This document shows, piece after piece, positions 18,819-20,000 of a stretch of DNA of 20,000 bases. Source of the DNA: Halocafeteria seosinensis (lineage: Eukaryota); contig LVLI01000035.1 in NCBI GenBank assembly GCA_001687465.1, forward strand, positions 171,891 through 191,890. Direction: 5' to 3'. The notes under the pieces were generated by a model, which was given only the letters and a program-made list of their open reading frames with translations, had not been told where the DNA came from and made no database searches. How positions within the stretch are numbered: the stretch's first letter is position 1; every line of letters begins with the position of its first letter. A program made the position numbers and the translations under genes.

Positions 18819-19852
18819 TTACAAATGTAATTGCACACGTTCCTTTTCTACCCGATGTACCAGAGTATTGTCTGACTCCCTCAACTTTATAACACATGCA
18901 GGTGATTGAGTGTAAGGGGGGGCAACAAGACGGCACTTGGTTTTCGCACGGAAGTGGTTTGATGCTAGCAGACACTCCCATTTAGCCGATACTCCACCAA
19001 CACGCTGAATGCTTAGACCAAGTTGAGCCCAACGGGTATTCTTAATAAGTTGTTGATGGCTTACCTTCGTATTTTTATCCCTTGCACTACCAACACAAGG
19101 CATTAGGATAGAACTGCGCCTGCACCCAATACGGTACAACGTGGTACAATCCAATTTCGATCTTGAAAAGTCGTTCCGGCAATCTTTAGCGGTCCCGTAA
19201 CCGTCTCCGTCTGGATTGGTTTCGAACATGACTAATCCTCTTTCCAGATGACATCTAAATTCAATCCGTTTTCTTTCGTCAGCGCATCCGTAAACCTTGC
19301 TTTGTTCTGTCTATACATTTTCCGTAGAATTTTGCCGATAGCGGGGCTAGTTTCAGTTTGCTTCCGAGTATTGCTCGCAACGTCAACTTTATCGATACGT
19401 GAAACAAGATTACGAAATTCGTCCGATACAGCTATGTCCTCGCCCGATCGCGCGGACGCTGCTCTTTGCAGCAAAACGACTACATGTATCTTTTCAACTT
19501 GCCGCGGGAATACCCCCACAAAGAAAGTAGCGAGCTTTCCAACGCCTTGGTATCTCCAAATCGAATTCGCCGTTTTTCGAGTTTTGTTCCGCTTAACCAC
19601 CCTACATGTTGTAGCTGTGGGTATTCGTTCTTAAACTGATCAGTGTTGAGATCCGGCAGAATAGCGGATGAACCGCAAAGTACCGCATAAAATGACCCGG
19701 TATGTTCGGTCGTCAAACATCTCAAAGCATTCGATAACGTCCGCTTGTTCGCGATGGACTCCTAAAGAGTTGTACAGTACCTCATAAAGTTCATAAAAAA
19801 AAAGGAAGCAATACTTGCCTTGATATTTGAGCTTGTTTGCAATGGCGAACAT
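18819..19852 (-). pseudogene. Degenerate alpha/beta-hydrolase gene with several frameshifts, a stop and residual introns
   Basis: Colinear fold motifs are spread over four ORFs: DRTYRVILC; FGD(T)/QGVGKLATFFVGVFPRQVEKIHVVV (G-x-S-x-G elbow and FP.RV.K, with a frameshift at about 19550); VIWKED* (19232); FSRSKLDCTTLYRIG..SSILMP (I.CPTL...G..S); SNHF (His loop). Intron-like segments at 19818-19762 (GC-AG) and 19064-19005 (GTAAGC..CTAAG..CAG). Confidence 0.6.
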
Positions 19853-19963
19853 CTTGTATGGACGCTACCGTCGATAGAATTTACCCCCTATTCAATTAGC
19901 CCACCCGTCTTGCTGAATTTCATCGGACCCGTCGCCGCCAGACACGGGCGCCAGCTGCCTATG

Positions 19964-19966
<3 letters not shown>

Positions 19967-20000
<34 letters not shown>
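19967..20000. repeat. (AC)n dinucleotide microsatellite, at least 17 units, running off the window end
   Basis: Perfect acacac... from 19967 to 20000, preceded by atgtat. Confidence 0.98.

Noticed and set aside
18819..19725. Alternative reading of the terminal relic as a P-loop GTPase (RVILCG, DTKAL, VSAK)
   Set aside because: No GxxxxGK[ST] motif in the frames examined; alpha/beta-hydrolase motifs explain more segments in the right order.

Overview
Gene-dense eukaryotic nuclear DNA in the standard genetic code, with short GT-AG spliceosomal introns (20 of 22 modelled introns are 59-76 nt and all end in CAG). It is probably from a protist; stramenopile is a weak guess. I reconstructed eight intact spliced genes by hand: mitochondrial Tim21 with an extra thioredoxin-fold-like C-terminal domain (+), a CAT/SLC7-type cationic amino acid transporter (-), an AFG3/m-AAA FtsH protease (+), a disordered Tudor-domain protein (-), an RhlG-like short-chain dehydrogenase (+), an orphan signal-peptide coiled-coil protein (-), an Xaa-Pro aminopeptidase P with a mitochondrial presequence (-), and an uncharacterised mitochondria-targeted protein (+). 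The larger gaps appear to hold decayed genes: a frameshifted alpha/beta-hydrolase (18.8-19.85 kb), an ADF-H/cofilin-like frame with an internal TAA (14.4-14.95 kb) and a faint trypsin-like motif (about 5.2 kb). The window ends in an (AC)n microsatellite. I found no rRNA, tRNA, CRISPR array or recognisable transposon. All homology calls come from motif recognition by eye, not from database searches.
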